Below, piece by piece: positions 28,219 through 38,170 of a stretch of DNA of 64,000 bases; the stretch's first letter is position 1; each line of letters starts with the position of its first letter. Made by a program: the position numbers and the translations under genes. The notes beneath the pieces were generated by a model. That model saw only the letters and a list, made by a program, of their open reading frames with translations, had not been told where the DNA came from and did not search any database. The stretch is from a virus: IMG/VR virus record IMGVR_UViG_3300032285_004186; one strand, written 5' to 3'.

Positions 28219-30090
28219 ATGGCCGACCTTCTCGCTACACCTGATAGAAATTCTAGTTCTAATCGCAATTTTATATCCAGCATTTTGCAAAGATTGCCTT
28301 ATGTTTCTACAGAAATAGAAGCAGATACAAATAATCCAAAGTATGAATTATTTGACAGACTTTCTAAAAGAACAGAATTCAGATTACTGAAACAATCTGT
28401 AATTACGGGTGGAGCAATGCAAAGTGAGTATGGTTCGGGTTCTGGTGGCCACGGTTCCATAACATCTCACAGTCCTTATCACAAATATTTATATGCAAAT
28501 ATAGACACAGACAAGATAAGAAGAATATCTGAATATAGGCGCATGGCTTCATTTGCAGAAGTAGCTGATTGCCTAGATGAAATTTGTGATGAATTCATCG
28601 TTAAAGACGAAAATGGTCATATTTTACATTTAAATTTTTCTAATTTTTGTGATTTATCTTCTGAAGAAAAAATTGAATTAAAAAAAGAATATGAAAAGTT
28701 TGTCAATATTTATGATTTAGAACATAAAGGATGGGGGTATTGCAGACAATTATTAGTAGAAGGGGAAATTTTCTTTGAAAATATTACATATAAAGATAAA
28801 CATGAGTATGGAATTATTGGAGTATTATCCATACCCGGAGAATTAATTAATCCCTGTTATGATAACATACAGAATAATGTTATAGAAAATTTTACGTTTC
28901 AAAAACCAATTAATTTACAACAACAAGCAACACAGCCTCTTTCTCAGCAGCAAGCTAATAAAAATCCGGTCAATGCCTTGCAACAACAAATAGTAACTCT
29001 TCAGGCTAATCAGGTTACCTACATGAATTCTGGTTTGTGGAATGAAGACCACAGCATAAGAATTCCTTTTATAGAAAATTGCAGAAGATCTTATAAAATG
29101 TTATCTCTTTGTGAAGATGCTATTATTATATATCGTCTTGTAAGAGCACCAGAACGATTAAAATTTACCATAGATGTAGGCAATATGCCTCCTTACAAGG
29201 CAGAAGCCTATATGAAGGGATTAATGCAACAATATTATTCTAAGCAGGTTTATGATGGTGGTGTTAATTCTACAGGACCAGTCAGCAATTCTTACAATCC
29301 TCAATCTATGTTAGATAGTTACTGGTTTGCTCGCAAGCCAGGTGAGGTCGGATCAGATGTTCAGGTCTTGCAAGGAGGAGACAACCTTGGCAAATTAGAT
29401 GATCTGATGTATTTTGTAGGTAAATTGTATAAGAGTTTAAAAGTACCTATGTCTCGTTTAAATCCTAATGAGACCTTTAAAGACGGGTCTGAAATTCTTA
29501 AAGAAGAATTGAGATTTGCTAAGTTTATAATTCGCTTACAGAATCAAGTAGCGGCTGGTATTAAAAACGCTTTTATCAGTCATTTAAAAATTAAAGGTTG
29601 GTGGAAAGAATACAAACTTCATGAGTCTTATATAAATTTAGAATTTAATGCCCCTTCTAATTTCTTTGCTATTCGCCAACAACAAATGGCAGAATTGAAA
29701 CAGAAGAACTTTTCAGATATGTCTCAAAATGAAGGCATATCAAATATCTTTGCTCAACGTCATTATCTCGGATATAGTGATGCCAAAATTAGTGAGAATA
29801 TGGAATGGCAACGCAAAGAAGCAGGCTTTAAATGGGAATTAGCTCAAATAGCTAATGCTGGTCCCAACTGGAGAGAACAAATTGAAGCCGCTCAGCAAGC
29901 ATCTTTGGAAAATCAAGGAGGAGCTCAATCCGGGTTTGAAGGTGGTGGAGGAGCTGGAGCGTCAGCTATTCCAGAATTTGGCAATGTTAGTGGAGCCAAT
30001 ACTCCAGAAACACCTACCAGTGAAGTACCAGCTCCCGCAGGAGAAGCAACACCTACATCATTAGAGACTCCACCTGGACCAGCTACTTAG
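28219..30090 (+). CDS. gp20: Portal vertex protein
   Basis: YRRMA..AEV...LDEI, EDAIIIYRLVRAPERLKFTIDVGNMP..KAE.Y, SMLDSYWFAR, LYKSLKVP.SRL, EELRFAKFI.RLQ. Confidence 0.97.
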   Translation: MADLLATPDRNSSSNRNFISSILQRLPYVSTEIEADTNNPKYELFDRLSKRTEFRLLKQSVITGGAMQSEYGSGSGGHGSITSHSPYHKYLYANIDTDKIRRISEYRRMASFAEVADCLDEICDEFIVKDENGHILHLNFSNFCDLSSEEKIELKKEYEKFVNIYDLEHKGWGYCRQLLVEGEIFFENITYKDKHEYGIIGVLSIPGELINPCYDNIQNNVIENFTFQKPINLQQQATQPLSQQQANKNPVNALQQQIVTLQANQVTYMNSGLWNEDHSIRIPFIENCRRSYKMLSLCEDAIIIYRLVRAPERLKFTIDVGNMPPYKAEAYMKGLMQQYYSKQVYDGGVNSTGPVSNSYNPQSMLDSYWFARKPGEVGSDVQVLQGGDNLGKLDDLMYFVGKLYKSLKVPMSRLNPNETFKDGSEILKEELRFAKFIIRLQNQVAAGIKNAFISHLKIKGWWKEYKLHESYINLEFNAPSNFFAIRQQQMAELKQKNFSDMSQNEGISNIFAQRHYLGYSDAKISENMEWQRKEAGFKWELAQIANAGPNWREQIEAAQQASLENQGGAQSGFEGGGGAGASAIPEFGNVSGANTPETPTSEVPAPAGEATPTSLETPPGPAT

Positions 30091-30103
30091 GATAAGTAGT
30101 TAC

Positions 30104-31246
30104 ATGCCTGTTGTACCTCCCAATTTTGGAAGCACTACTTTTAACAATATAATTACAAGTTATGATTTGCTCTCCCAGCGTATTAAACATATGCTCGGAG
30201 AACCTTTGGTTCAAGTAGAAATAAGTGATGCACAAATGTACACGTGCATAGATACAGCCTGTGAATTTTTTACTAAATTTGCCGGCACTACAGAAGAATT
30301 TTTAATATTTCGTTCAGATTTATACATTCCAGGTAAAGGTCTTCCTATTGGAAGGATAATAAACACTACACCAGAATTGGGCAATAATCAAATAACAGAA
30401 ATAATCTCAAGTCCCGGAATCACGGAATATAATGAAACTATAGGAGATGGGATTTCTAAGGCTTTTTTAATTAATCATAATCTTAATTCATCAGAAGTGA
30501 TTGTGGAACTTTATGATGCAAATACCGGACAACAAGTGTATGCATCCGTAACTACAGTATCACTAAATGCGGTGGCTATTTCTTTTGGATTTGTTATTCC
30601 AGTTAATTCTTATAATGTAATAGTTATAAACGGCGTCACCTCTGGTGAAACCTCAACTACAACTGCTTCTGTAACTAGCACAAGCAGTGCAGGTTGGGAT
30701 TTTGATATGAACAATTACCGAAAAGTTGCAGATGTGTATTCTTTCGCAGAGGGAAATAATTCTGGTATTAATACATTATTTTCCGTAGAACATACCATAG
30801 CACAACAAGCTTATTTTGGACATTTATTAGGTAATGTTGGCTATGATTTAATTACTTGGCAAGCCTTAAAAGGGTGGTTGGATTTAAGAGATAAAGTATT
30901 GGCTTTGACTCCTTATTTGAGATTTGATCCTCACACTCAAATGCTTCGTATCATTCCCGAGCCAAGCCAAACTAATACTCCTTATTATGGTTTAGTGGGT
31001 TGTCATTTGCAAAGACCTATTAAAGATATTGTAAGTCAATTGTGGGTTTATAGATATACCATGGCTTTAGTCAAATTAGCAACCGCTCATGCTAGAGGAA
31101 AATATAGTGGTACTAATTTATTCGGGGGACAAGTAGTTTCCTATCAAGACCTAATGTCTCAGGGATTATCTGAAAGAGATAAACTAGAAGATGAATTAAT
31201 GAATAAACACGTTGATTCAATGCCTACTAGATTTTTTATAGGGTAA
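30104..31246 (+). CDS. gp13: Neck protein with an internal inserted domain
   Basis: LGEPLVQVEI...Q...CID.A, WVYRYTMALVK, GKYSG..LFGG, F.IG at the C-terminus. Confidence 0.85.
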   Translation: MPVVPPNFGSTTFNNIITSYDLLSQRIKHMLGEPLVQVEISDAQMYTCIDTACEFFTKFAGTTEEFLIFRSDLYIPGKGLPIGRIINTTPELGNNQITEIISSPGITEYNETIGDGISKAFLINHNLNSSEVIVELYDANTGQQVYASVTTVSLNAVAISFGFVIPVNSYNVIVINGVTSGETSTTTASVTSTSSAGWDFDMNNYRKVADVYSFAEGNNSGINTLFSVEHTIAQQAYFGHLLGNVGYDLITWQALKGWLDLRDKVLALTPYLRFDPHTQMLRIIPEPSQTNTPYYGLVGCHLQRPIKDIVSQLWVYRYTMALVKLATAHARGKYSGTNLFGGQVVSYQDLMSQGLSERDKLEDELMNKHVDSMPTRFFIG

Positions 31247-31247
31247 T

Positions 31248-31715
31248 ATGCGCAAGCATTTAAATAAAAATTCTAAATATAACCAAGGCAAATTTCTTCC
31301 TCGAAATATAAACAAATACAAAGGTTCTTTACCCATTATATATAGATCTGGGTTGGAATTGAAGGCTTTTAGATGGATGGATAATAACCCAAATATTATT
31401 AGCTGGGGGTCTGAATCAGTGATAATACCATATTTTTCTCCATTAGATATGGAGAAAAAAATACATAGGTATTTTGTAGATTTAGTGGCTCATTTAAAAA
31501 ACAAAGAAGGTGTCATTAAAAAATTATTAATAGAAGTTAAACCACATAAACAAACTTCTGCACCAACTTATAGTCCACGAAAAGGAAAAAAAACTGTGCT
31601 GTATGAACAAACACAGTTTTTAATTAATTCTGCTAAATGGGAGGCTGCTAAAGCCTGGTGTGATAAAAATAATTACACTTTTATCATTCTCACCGAAAAA
31701 CACCTAAAAGATTAA
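31248..31715 (+). CDS. gp4: Head completion nuclease
   Basis: QGKF.P.N..KYKG, IYRSGLE, WGSE..IIPY, HRYFVD, IEVKP, N.AKWEAA, F.ILTE. Confidence 0.93.
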   Translation: MRKHLNKNSKYNQGKFLPRNINKYKGSLPIIYRSGLELKAFRWMDNNPNIISWGSESVIIPYFSPLDMEKKIHRYFVDLVAHLKNKEGVIKKLLIEVKPHKQTSAPTYSPRKGKKTVLYEQTQFLINSAKWEAAKAWCDKNNYTFIILTEKHLKD

Positions 31716-31960
31716 GCATACGCTAATAGTGAATTTGGTTTTTCTTTATTAATAATGCCGTGAGCGTTATAAAGAGTTAATTTTGGTTTAGCCGCAGTTT
31801 CTGCATTTTGTTGAATAGTACCTAGGTCATCTACTGGTAAATCATTTTTAGGTAAATGATCATTCTGGGTCCTCATGGATGCTAATAGAGGTTGTATAAT
31901 TTCTGGTTGATTGATAGATGATATGGGTTGCATTGGATTAAAATTATACAATTTTTGCAT
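31712..31960 (-). CDS. Hypothetical late protein
   Basis: 82-aa ORF with minus-strand TAAATA at 31974-31979. Confidence 0.5.
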   Translation of the reverse strand: MQKLYNFNPMQPISSINQPEIIQPLLASMRTQNDHLPKNDLPVDDLGTIQQNAETAAKPKLTLYNAHGIINKEKPNSLLAYA

Positions 31961-32044
31961 AAAAATTCTCGTTTATTTATCTATAAAAAAATGTTTTTCT
32001 TGATATGACCGACTTTAACCATAAATATCTTTTATAATTCTTAT

Positions 32045-32719
32045 ATGAGTAATAACACATACCGTTTATTGGTTGAAGAGCCTACTTACGAAGTAAAATA
32101 TTTAATAGAAGAAAAAAATCGTAATACTCCCTCCAATATGTTTATTCATGGCCCCTTTCTTATGGCCAATGAAGCTAACAAAAACAAAAGAATTTATCCT
32201 TTGGAAGAAATGGTCAAAGAAGTAAATCGTTATACTTCTGAAATGATTAATAATCATAGAGCCACTGGAGAATTAAATCATCCTCAAACCCCGGATATTA
32301 ATTTAGAAAGAGTCTGTCATATGGTTACAGAGATGAAGCAAAATGGTAACATTTTTGAAGGCAAATCCAAGATTCTTTCTAATCCAATGGGTCAATTGGT
32401 AAGATCTTTAATTTTAGACGGAGTTAAACTAGGAGTTTCAAGCAGAGCCTTGGGTAAATTGGAACCTGGAAACAATGGAATTAATAAAGTTTCAGATTTT
32501 AAATTGGTTGCTGTAGATGTTGTAGCAGATCCCTCAGTTCCTACAGCATTTGTAAACGGTATTTTAGAATCTAAACAATGGATTTTAGCAGAAGACGGAA
32601 ATTTTGAACCTCTTTATGATAATTTTGAAAAGAAAATTTCATCTCTTCCACTTAAAAATCAAAAACAATTTTTAAAAGAACAAATTTTAGCATTTATTAA
32701 TGCTCTTAAATCTGTTTAA
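32045..32719 (+). CDS. gp21: Prohead protease
   Basis: NKNKRIYP, GELNHP, INLERVCH, LGVSSRALG, DVVADPS.P.AFV.GILE. Confidence 0.96.
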   Translation: MSNNTYRLLVEEPTYEVKYLIEEKNRNTPSNMFIHGPFLMANEANKNKRIYPLEEMVKEVNRYTSEMINNHRATGELNHPQTPDINLERVCHMVTEMKQNGNIFEGKSKILSNPMGQLVRSLILDGVKLGVSSRALGKLEPGNNGINKVSDFKLVAVDVVADPSVPTAFVNGILESKQWILAEDGNFEPLYDNFEKKISSLPLKNQKQFLKEQILAFINALKSV

Positions 32720-32751
32720 AGACCTAGTCTAGATAAATATCAATATATTTT

Positions 32752-32985
32752 ATGAATTCTACAAATCCATTAATTTCCAAATTTATAGCGCAACTTTGTG
32801 AAAAGCAATTTGCATATGCTAACACTACTTTAGCAACTATTATAGAAGCTAAATTAAAAGAAAAAATTAAAAAAGAAGCTAAAAAGCTTTCTGGCAAATC
32901 TAAATCTATGTCAAAAGCAGATAAAAAGAAAGAATTTCTAGCTCGTATGGCTAAAGGTAAAAAAAAATCCAAAGGGGCCAAATAA
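32752..32985 (+). CDS. Small prohead-core-like protein with basic tail
   Basis: Lies between protease and scaffold genes; own TAAATA; I.KFI..L....FA.A...L..II..K. Confidence 0.5.
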   Translation: MNSTNPLISKFIAQLCEKQFAYANTTLATIIEAKLKEKIKKEAKKLSGKSKSMSKADKKKEFLARMAKGKKKSKGAK

Positions 32986-33011
32986 AGGAATAAATAAATT
33001 ATAACAATTGT

Positions 33012-33902
33012 ATGAACATAACCACTATTCTTGAGAATATTGATAAAGAAGTCTTAAACGAAGAGTCCGCAAGAGCAATTGCAGAGGCTTTTGAATCTGC
33101 TGTTAATGAAAAAGTATCTGCTCGTGTTGGTCTTGAAGTTGAAAAGGCTTTGAGTGAACAGGATGAAGACCATGCTAAAAAACTCAAAACTTTAGTAGAG
33201 GCTATTGATTCTGATCATACTTCTAAATTAGAAAAAGTAGTTGAAGCTGTTAATGCTAATCATACAGAAAAATTACAAAAAATTGTTTCTTATTATCGCA
33301 AAGCAATTAATGAAAAAGCTGGTGCTTTTAGTAATAAAATTGTAGAAGAAATGAGCAATTATCTGGATTTATATTTAGACAAATTGATCCCGAGAGAACA
33401 GTTGAGTGAAGCAGTTGCTAATACAGCTGCTAAACAACAATTAGACCAGATCAAAAAAATTATTTCTTTGGATCCTTCCCAGCTTAATGAAAATTTCAAA
33501 AAAATTGTAATTCAGGGCAAATCTAAAATTGATCATCTCCAAGCCCAGCTTAATGAAGCTTATGAACAAAATGTTGCATTGAGCAAGACAGCACAAGCCG
33601 CTAAAGCTGCTCTTTTAATTGAACAAAAAACAAAGGGCATGGTTGGTTCTAAAAAACAATTCATTTCTAAAATTTTAGGAGATAAGTCAGTTGAATATAT
33701 TAATGAAAATTTCAATTATGTAGTTAATATGTTTGAAAGAGAAGAAAGAACTTCTTCTAATGATTTAGTCTCAGAAGCATCTAAAGTAGCTGTCTCTAAA
33801 GATGCTAAAGTAGTTTACCCTCAGGTGATGACCGAATCTGTCAGTACACCAACCAACACCCAAGTAGCTGATTACTTGACTGGTTTAAAAAGAGTTCGGT
33901 AA
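33012..33902 (+). CDS. gp22: Prohead scaffold (core) protein
   Basis: Coiled coil, AFESAVNEKV, NYLDLYLD, many xxE protease sites; immediately upstream of the capsid gene. Confidence 0.88.
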   Translation: MNITTILENIDKEVLNEESARAIAEAFESAVNEKVSARVGLEVEKALSEQDEDHAKKLKTLVEAIDSDHTSKLEKVVEAVNANHTEKLQKIVSYYRKAINEKAGAFSNKIVEEMSNYLDLYLDKLIPREQLSEAVANTAAKQQLDQIKKIISLDPSQLNENFKKIVIQGKSKIDHLQAQLNEAYEQNVALSKTAQAAKAALLIEQKTKGMVGSKKQFISKILGDKSVEYINENFNYVVNMFEREERTSSNDLVSEASKVAVSKDAKVVYPQVMTESVSTPTNTQVADYLTGLKRVR

Positions 33903-33969
33903 TTTTAAGTTGGAGAAATACACGGCGTATTCTCGAAATATATACAGTAAATAGAAAACAAATAAACAT

Positions 33970-35424
33970 ATGAGTAATGTAAGTTCCGCACCCGGATATA
34001 TTGACGCAAACCGCGCAACCCAACTTCTCGAGAAGTGGGCACCTATGCTTGATTTTTCAAGTGATAAGGTTTCCCCTATTGAGGGTGAACATCAACGTTT
34101 GGCAACCGCCATGTTGATGGAAAACCAAGAGCGCTGGTGTCTCAATGAAGCTGGTAACATCGCTGGAAGCGGTGGAGTCTTTGGCTCTGCTGGTCCTGGT
34201 GGTACCTTTGGTGGTCAATTTGGTAACACAGATGGCTACGCTCAAGGAGATTCCCGCATGCCTAAGGTTTTGATTCCCATGGTTCGTCGTACGTTCCCAG
34301 AATTGATTACCAACGAAATCGTTGGAGTTCAACCTATGAGTGGTCCTGTCGGATTGGCTTTCGCCTTACGCTATCGTTACGAAGCTGATAGTTTGGGTTC
34401 TACTGGATTAGACGGATATACAAACGGATCCACCACCTTTGGTGCTGGTATTCAACGTAGTGCTATTGACGGGCAAGAATTGGGTTACCAATATCTTGAC
34501 ACTCGCTTCACTGGCACATCTGCAGCTTCCCTCTCCGGCAACACCGATTTTTCGATTGCCGCAGAAGACCAAGGTGTTGCAGCTATCCTCAGTCAGTATG
34601 AACTTACTGGTAATATTCCTCAAATCACTGTCGAATTCTCCAAGACAGCAGTTGAAGCCGGCACACGCCGTTTAGCAGCTCGTTGGTCTGTTGAGTTGGA
34701 GCAAGATTTGAAGAACATGAACGGATTGGATATCGATTCTGAATTGACAAATGCGATGAGCTATGAAATTCAGGCAGAAATCGACCGTGAAATGATTATC
34801 AGAATGCTTCAGATTTCTCTCAACGCTGGTAAAGGCACTGGATATAGCTTCTGGTACGCAGCTTCCGCTGATGCCCGTTGGTTAGGAGAACGCAACCGCG
34901 ACTTCTACGCCAAGGTTATCGTTGAAGCAAACCGTATCGCAATTCGTAACCGCCGTGGTAGCGCTAATTTCATTATCGCCACTCCGAAAGTTTGTGCGAT
35001 CATGGAAATGTTACCTGAGTTTCAATGGATGCCTGTAAACGGTAACGTGAATACTCAACCCACTGGCATTGCCAAGGTTGGTACTCTCGGTGGTCGTTTC
35101 ACCATCTACAGAGATACTCGTACGGAAGCTCAGAATCTCACCACTCGTGGTGGGACAACCAATCCTGCGAATGCATTAGAGTATGCCTTGTTAGGTTACA
35201 AAGGTACCGAGTATTACGATACAGGTATCGTCTACTGTCCATATATTCCTGTCATGATTCAACGTACAGTTGGAGCAAACGACTTTAGCCCACGTGTTGG
35301 GTTGATGACTCGTTACGGCGTCGTAGATTACATCTTCGGTGCTTCCCTCTACTATCACACAATCATCGTCAAGGGCTTGGGCTCAGACAATGTAAACGGC
35401 AACGGTGGTAAGCTCTACATGTAA
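33970..35424 (+). CDS. gp23: Major capsid protein
   Basis: LLEKWAPML, LMENQE, LIPMVRR.FP.LI..EIVGVQPMSGPVGL.FALR, TRRLAARWSVELEQDL, EIDRE, YCPYIP, TRYG. Confidence 0.98.
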   Translation: MSNVSSAPGYIDANRATQLLEKWAPMLDFSSDKVSPIEGEHQRLATAMLMENQERWCLNEAGNIAGSGGVFGSAGPGGTFGGQFGNTDGYAQGDSRMPKVLIPMVRRTFPELITNEIVGVQPMSGPVGLAFALRYRYEADSLGSTGLDGYTNGSTTFGAGIQRSAIDGQELGYQYLDTRFTGTSAASLSGNTDFSIAAEDQGVAAILSQYELTGNIPQITVEFSKTAVEAGTRRLAARWSVELEQDLKNMNGLDIDSELTNAMSYEIQAEIDREMIIRMLQISLNAGKGTGYSFWYAASADARWLGERNRDFYAKVIVEANRIAIRNRRGSANFIIATPKVCAIMEMLPEFQWMPVNGNVNTQPTGIAKVGTLGGRFTIYRDTRTEAQNLTTRGGTTNPANALEYALLGYKGTEYYDTGIVYCPYIPVMIQRTVGANDFSPRVGLMTRYGVVDYIFGASLYYHTIIVKGLGSDNVNGNGGKLYM

Positions 35425-35441
35425 TCCATAGTGAACCTCTT

Positions 35442-35478
35442 AAAACACTCCCACTCAAAAGGTGGGAGTGTTTTTTTT
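35442..35478 (+). terminator. Intrinsic terminator after the major capsid gene
   Basis: AAAACACTCCCAC-tcaaaag-GTGGGAGTG followed by T8. Confidence 0.9.
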
Positions 35479-35518
35479 GCTTTGATTTCCCTTTTCTGTG
35501 ATATAATATCAATTTGAT

Positions 35519-36052
35519 ATGAAAAGATATGCTCTATGTGGCGCACATGGTACTGGTAAAACCACAGTTTTGCAGGATATTGCAGATTATTTGATAGACG
35601 AAACAGAGATAAAACCAATCTTTAATACAAGTAATGCTCGTAATTTGTTTAAAATGGGTATAAAAGTTAATGATAAAGGTGATGATTTTGTTCAATATGT
35701 AGTACAGGCAAGCCATGTTAGTCGATTTGCAGAACCTAATTGGTTTGCAGATCGTTGTGTGGTAGATGGATTTGCTTATATGGAAGCAGCATCAAGGAGA
35801 CAATTGGTATCCAGGGATTGTTGGAATACAGTTTATACATTAATGGATACATTTGCTCCGTTATACACTCAAATTTTTTATGTTCCTATAGAATTTGAAA
35901 TGGAAAATGATGGGGTACGAAAAGTTGATATAGAATATCAACAAGAAGTAGATCGATATATGTCAAAAGCGTTGAAGAATTATAATAATGTTACAATTGT
36001 AAAAGGAAATCGTGCGGAACGTAAAGAACTTGTATTAAAATACATTGCATGA
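35519..36052 (+). CDS. Second P-loop kinase, AAA_28 / NadR-Ttd14-like
   Basis: GAHGTGKTT, DRCVVDGFAY, ENDGVRK; extended -10 TGaTATAAT at 35499-35507. Confidence 0.8.
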   Translation: MKRYALCGAHGTGKTTVLQDIADYLIDETEIKPIFNTSNARNLFKMGIKVNDKGDDFVQYVVQASHVSRFAEPNWFADRCVVDGFAYMEAASRRQLVSRDCWNTVYTLMDTFAPLYTQIFYVPIEFEMENDGVRKVDIEYQQEVDRYMSKALKNYNNVTIVKGNRAERKELVLKYIA

Positions 36053-36582
36053 ATTTGTTTATCCTAGACCTAGATCCTAAAATTGCAGCTCAATATTACC
36101 AGGATCTTCATATTAATAAGATTATTATAGAAGGAACACAGTTACTAGCAGCAGCTTATCCTCTTGATAGACTGGCACAAGATGATTGTCCTCGCACTCA
36201 AAAAGGTACAGTACGTAAACATGGACATTATAACCATCCAATGACTAAATGGGTACGGACAAATATGACTAATTTTGTATGGACATTAAATCATTTAGAT
36301 GGTTTATATCAAGAAAGATTATATAGATTTGAAAAGGAACACTTCAGTAAAGATTTTATAGATTGGGCTTGGAGTAATCCACCAGATCTGCCACACGGAG
36401 ATATGACTGAACACCCGCAATGCTTTGCTGTATCTTTTCCACAATGTATTGTGCCGGGTAATCCTGTAAAGGGTTATCAAAATTACTACAATGCTGGTAA
36501 AACAGAATTTAAATTTGGATCCAAGATTGTGAAAGCCAAATGGACCAAGAGAGACGTACCTTATTTCTTTGTTAATAAGTAA
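36049..36582 (+). CDS. Pyrimidine-dimer DNA glycosylase (DenV-like family)
   Basis: MNLFILD.DP..AAQ...D.HINK.I.E..QLL, H.NHP...WVR....NF.W, PQC, YQNYY...K, W.KR.VP. Confidence 0.75.
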   Translation: MNLFILDLDPKIAAQYYQDLHINKIIIEGTQLLAAAYPLDRLAQDDCPRTQKGTVRKHGHYNHPMTKWVRTNMTNFVWTLNHLDGLYQERLYRFEKEHFSKDFIDWAWSNPPDLPHGDMTEHPQCFAVSFPQCIVPGNPVKGYQNYYNAGKTEFKFGSKIVKAKWTKRDVPYFFVNK

Positions 36583-36586
36583 TTTT

Positions 36587-37054
36587 ATGAATTTTAAATC
36601 ATTTTATACTGAAGCAGTTAATAAATTTAACACAGAATGGCAGGTTACTAGAGAAGAAGCTAAGAAAATTAAAGAGGTGGATAAAAAAATAGCTCATGTA
36701 AAATCTTTTTTAATTGCAAATCCCTCATCAGCTAACTTTGGCAGAGTGGCTAACTGGACTCGAATGACAAAATTGGGCTATAAAAACACATCACCGGAAA
36801 GTGCTCAAAAATTTGAAGATTTTCTAGACTACCTGGAATTCAATAAATCTAAATTTTCAGCAGAAGATAAAGATATAGATTTAAAAAATCTTCCAGAAGC
36901 AAAATTTATAGCAGTGTATAAAGATTTGGTTCATAGAAAGAATAATCTTCATCATGGTGGAAAAAGACCAGTTTCTATGAGCCAATATTTGGCTAAAATG
37001 AAAGAAGTAGCAAGAGAAAGAAAGATTTCTTTGCCCCCAGATCCACAAGATTAA
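36587..37054 (+). CDS. Hypothetical late protein with capsid-targeting-like N-terminus
   Basis: TAAGTA 5 nt upstream of ATG 36587; begins MNFKSFYTEA. Confidence 0.6.
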   Translation: MNFKSFYTEAVNKFNTEWQVTREEAKKIKEVDKKIAHVKSFLIANPSSANFGRVANWTRMTKLGYKNTSPESAQKFEDFLDYLEFNKSKFSAEDKDIDLKNLPEAKFIAVYKDLVHRKNNLHHGGKRPVSMSQYLAKMKEVARERKISLPPDPQD

Positions 37055-37521
37055 TTGTCTTCCAATAGATCTACTTGATTTTTGCGAGGTTTAGCATCTA
37101 CAAACTTGTTTATTACCTCGTCCCTGGTGGCTATAAGAATATTGTTTGCAGCAGGTAGCCTGGAAACAATCTCCTTTTTACCAGCAATATCCATTTTCTT
37201 CAATTCTACAGCAGTGGTAGATTGCTTATGTTGTAAATTGATGCTATTAAGAGAGTCTATAGCCTTAGTTGTAGCACTCATTAACGAGGCCATAGCAGCT
37301 ATTTCTTTAGGATCTGCTCCCATAGAAATATTATTAGATAATATGGTTATAGCATCTAGACCAGCTTGAATAACCTCTGCGGTTTTTTGATAAACATATC
37401 CACTTACATTTTCGTCTGTTACAATTATTTCTGGGGTTGCTGGAGTGGGAGAATGATCAGCTGGCAAAGAAGTTGCTTTTAGTTCACTGATAATACTGTC
37501 TATTTCAGAGTTAGATTCCAT
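37051..37521 (-). CDS. Putative terminase small subunit
   Basis: Helical; ..I..GLDAI..L......DPKEIAAMASLM.......L..I........NNILIATR pattern resembles T4 gp16; late motif at 37546-37551. Confidence 0.55.
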   Translation of the reverse strand: MESNSEIDSIISELKATSLPADHSPTPATPEIIVTDENVSGYVYQKTAEVIQAGLDAITILSNNISMGADPKEIAAMASLMSATTKAIDSLNSINLQHKQSTTAVELKKMDIAGKKEIVSRLPAANNILIATRDEVINKFVDAKPRKNQVDLLEDN

Positions 37522-37556
37522 TGCTTTTAAGATAGGATGATATAATATTTAGGTAT

Positions 37557-37715
37557 ATGAGTATAAAAGTATCGGTAGAAAATTACGGAACCTTCTTTAT
37601 TGATTCCAGTAAAGTAACAGAACTAATTGCTTGGCTTATGTCAAATTATCACAATCCAGCTCTTGGCGAAGTCAATAATCATCAATCTCACGGCAATCAA
37701 ATCATTAATGGTTGA
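37557..37715 (+). CDS. Small hypothetical protein (52 aa, below the ORF-track cutoff)
   Basis: Hand translation MSIKVSVENYGTFFIDSSKVTELIAWLMSNYHNPALGEVNNHQSHGNQIING*; follows TGaTATAAT (37538-46) and ends 1 nt before the dUTPase ATG. Confidence 0.55.
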   Translation: MSIKVSVENYGTFFIDSSKVTELIAWLMSNYHNPALGEVNNHQSHGNQIING

Positions 37716-37716
37716 T

Positions 37717-38169
37717 ATGGAACAACCAAATTTTCTCAAAGCTCCTAAAATTTCTTTTAAGAAAACCCATCCCGACGCTCAGCTTCCGTTCAGGAAGAGA
37801 GCAAATGATACAGGATTTGATTTGTTTTCTGTAGAAGATGTTATTATTCCAGCTAAAGGAGACGCCAATATTCCAACTGGAATTACAGTGGCTAAAGTTC
37901 CTATGTCTGTGTGGTTTTTAATCCTTCCACGTTCAGGAATGGGATTTAAGTACGGAATTCAACCACATTTAGGTGTTATAGATAATCCATATAGAGGAGA
38001 TTTAGCAGTAAAACTTTATAATTTTTCAGATCAAGACTATAAGGTTTCTAAAGGAGATAGAATAGCCCAAATAGCCTATTTTCCTCTTATTGTTTTAGAA
38101 TCGGAATGGACAGAAGAAGTGGAAGATACAGATCGAGGAGACAAGGGATTTGGTAACTCCGGAAAATAA
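37717..38169 (+). CDS. dut: Trimeric dUTPase
   Basis: GFDL, PRSG, GVID.PYRG, GDRIAQ, RGDKGFGNSG; start refined to ATG 37717. Confidence 0.95.
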   Translation: MEQPNFLKAPKISFKKTHPDAQLPFRKRANDTGFDLFSVEDVIIPAKGDANIPTGITVAKVPMSVWFLILPRSGMGFKYGIQPHLGVIDNPYRGDLAVKLYNFSDQDYKVSKGDRIAQIAYFPLIVLESEWTEEVEDTDRGDKGFGNSGK

Positions 38170-38170
38170 T

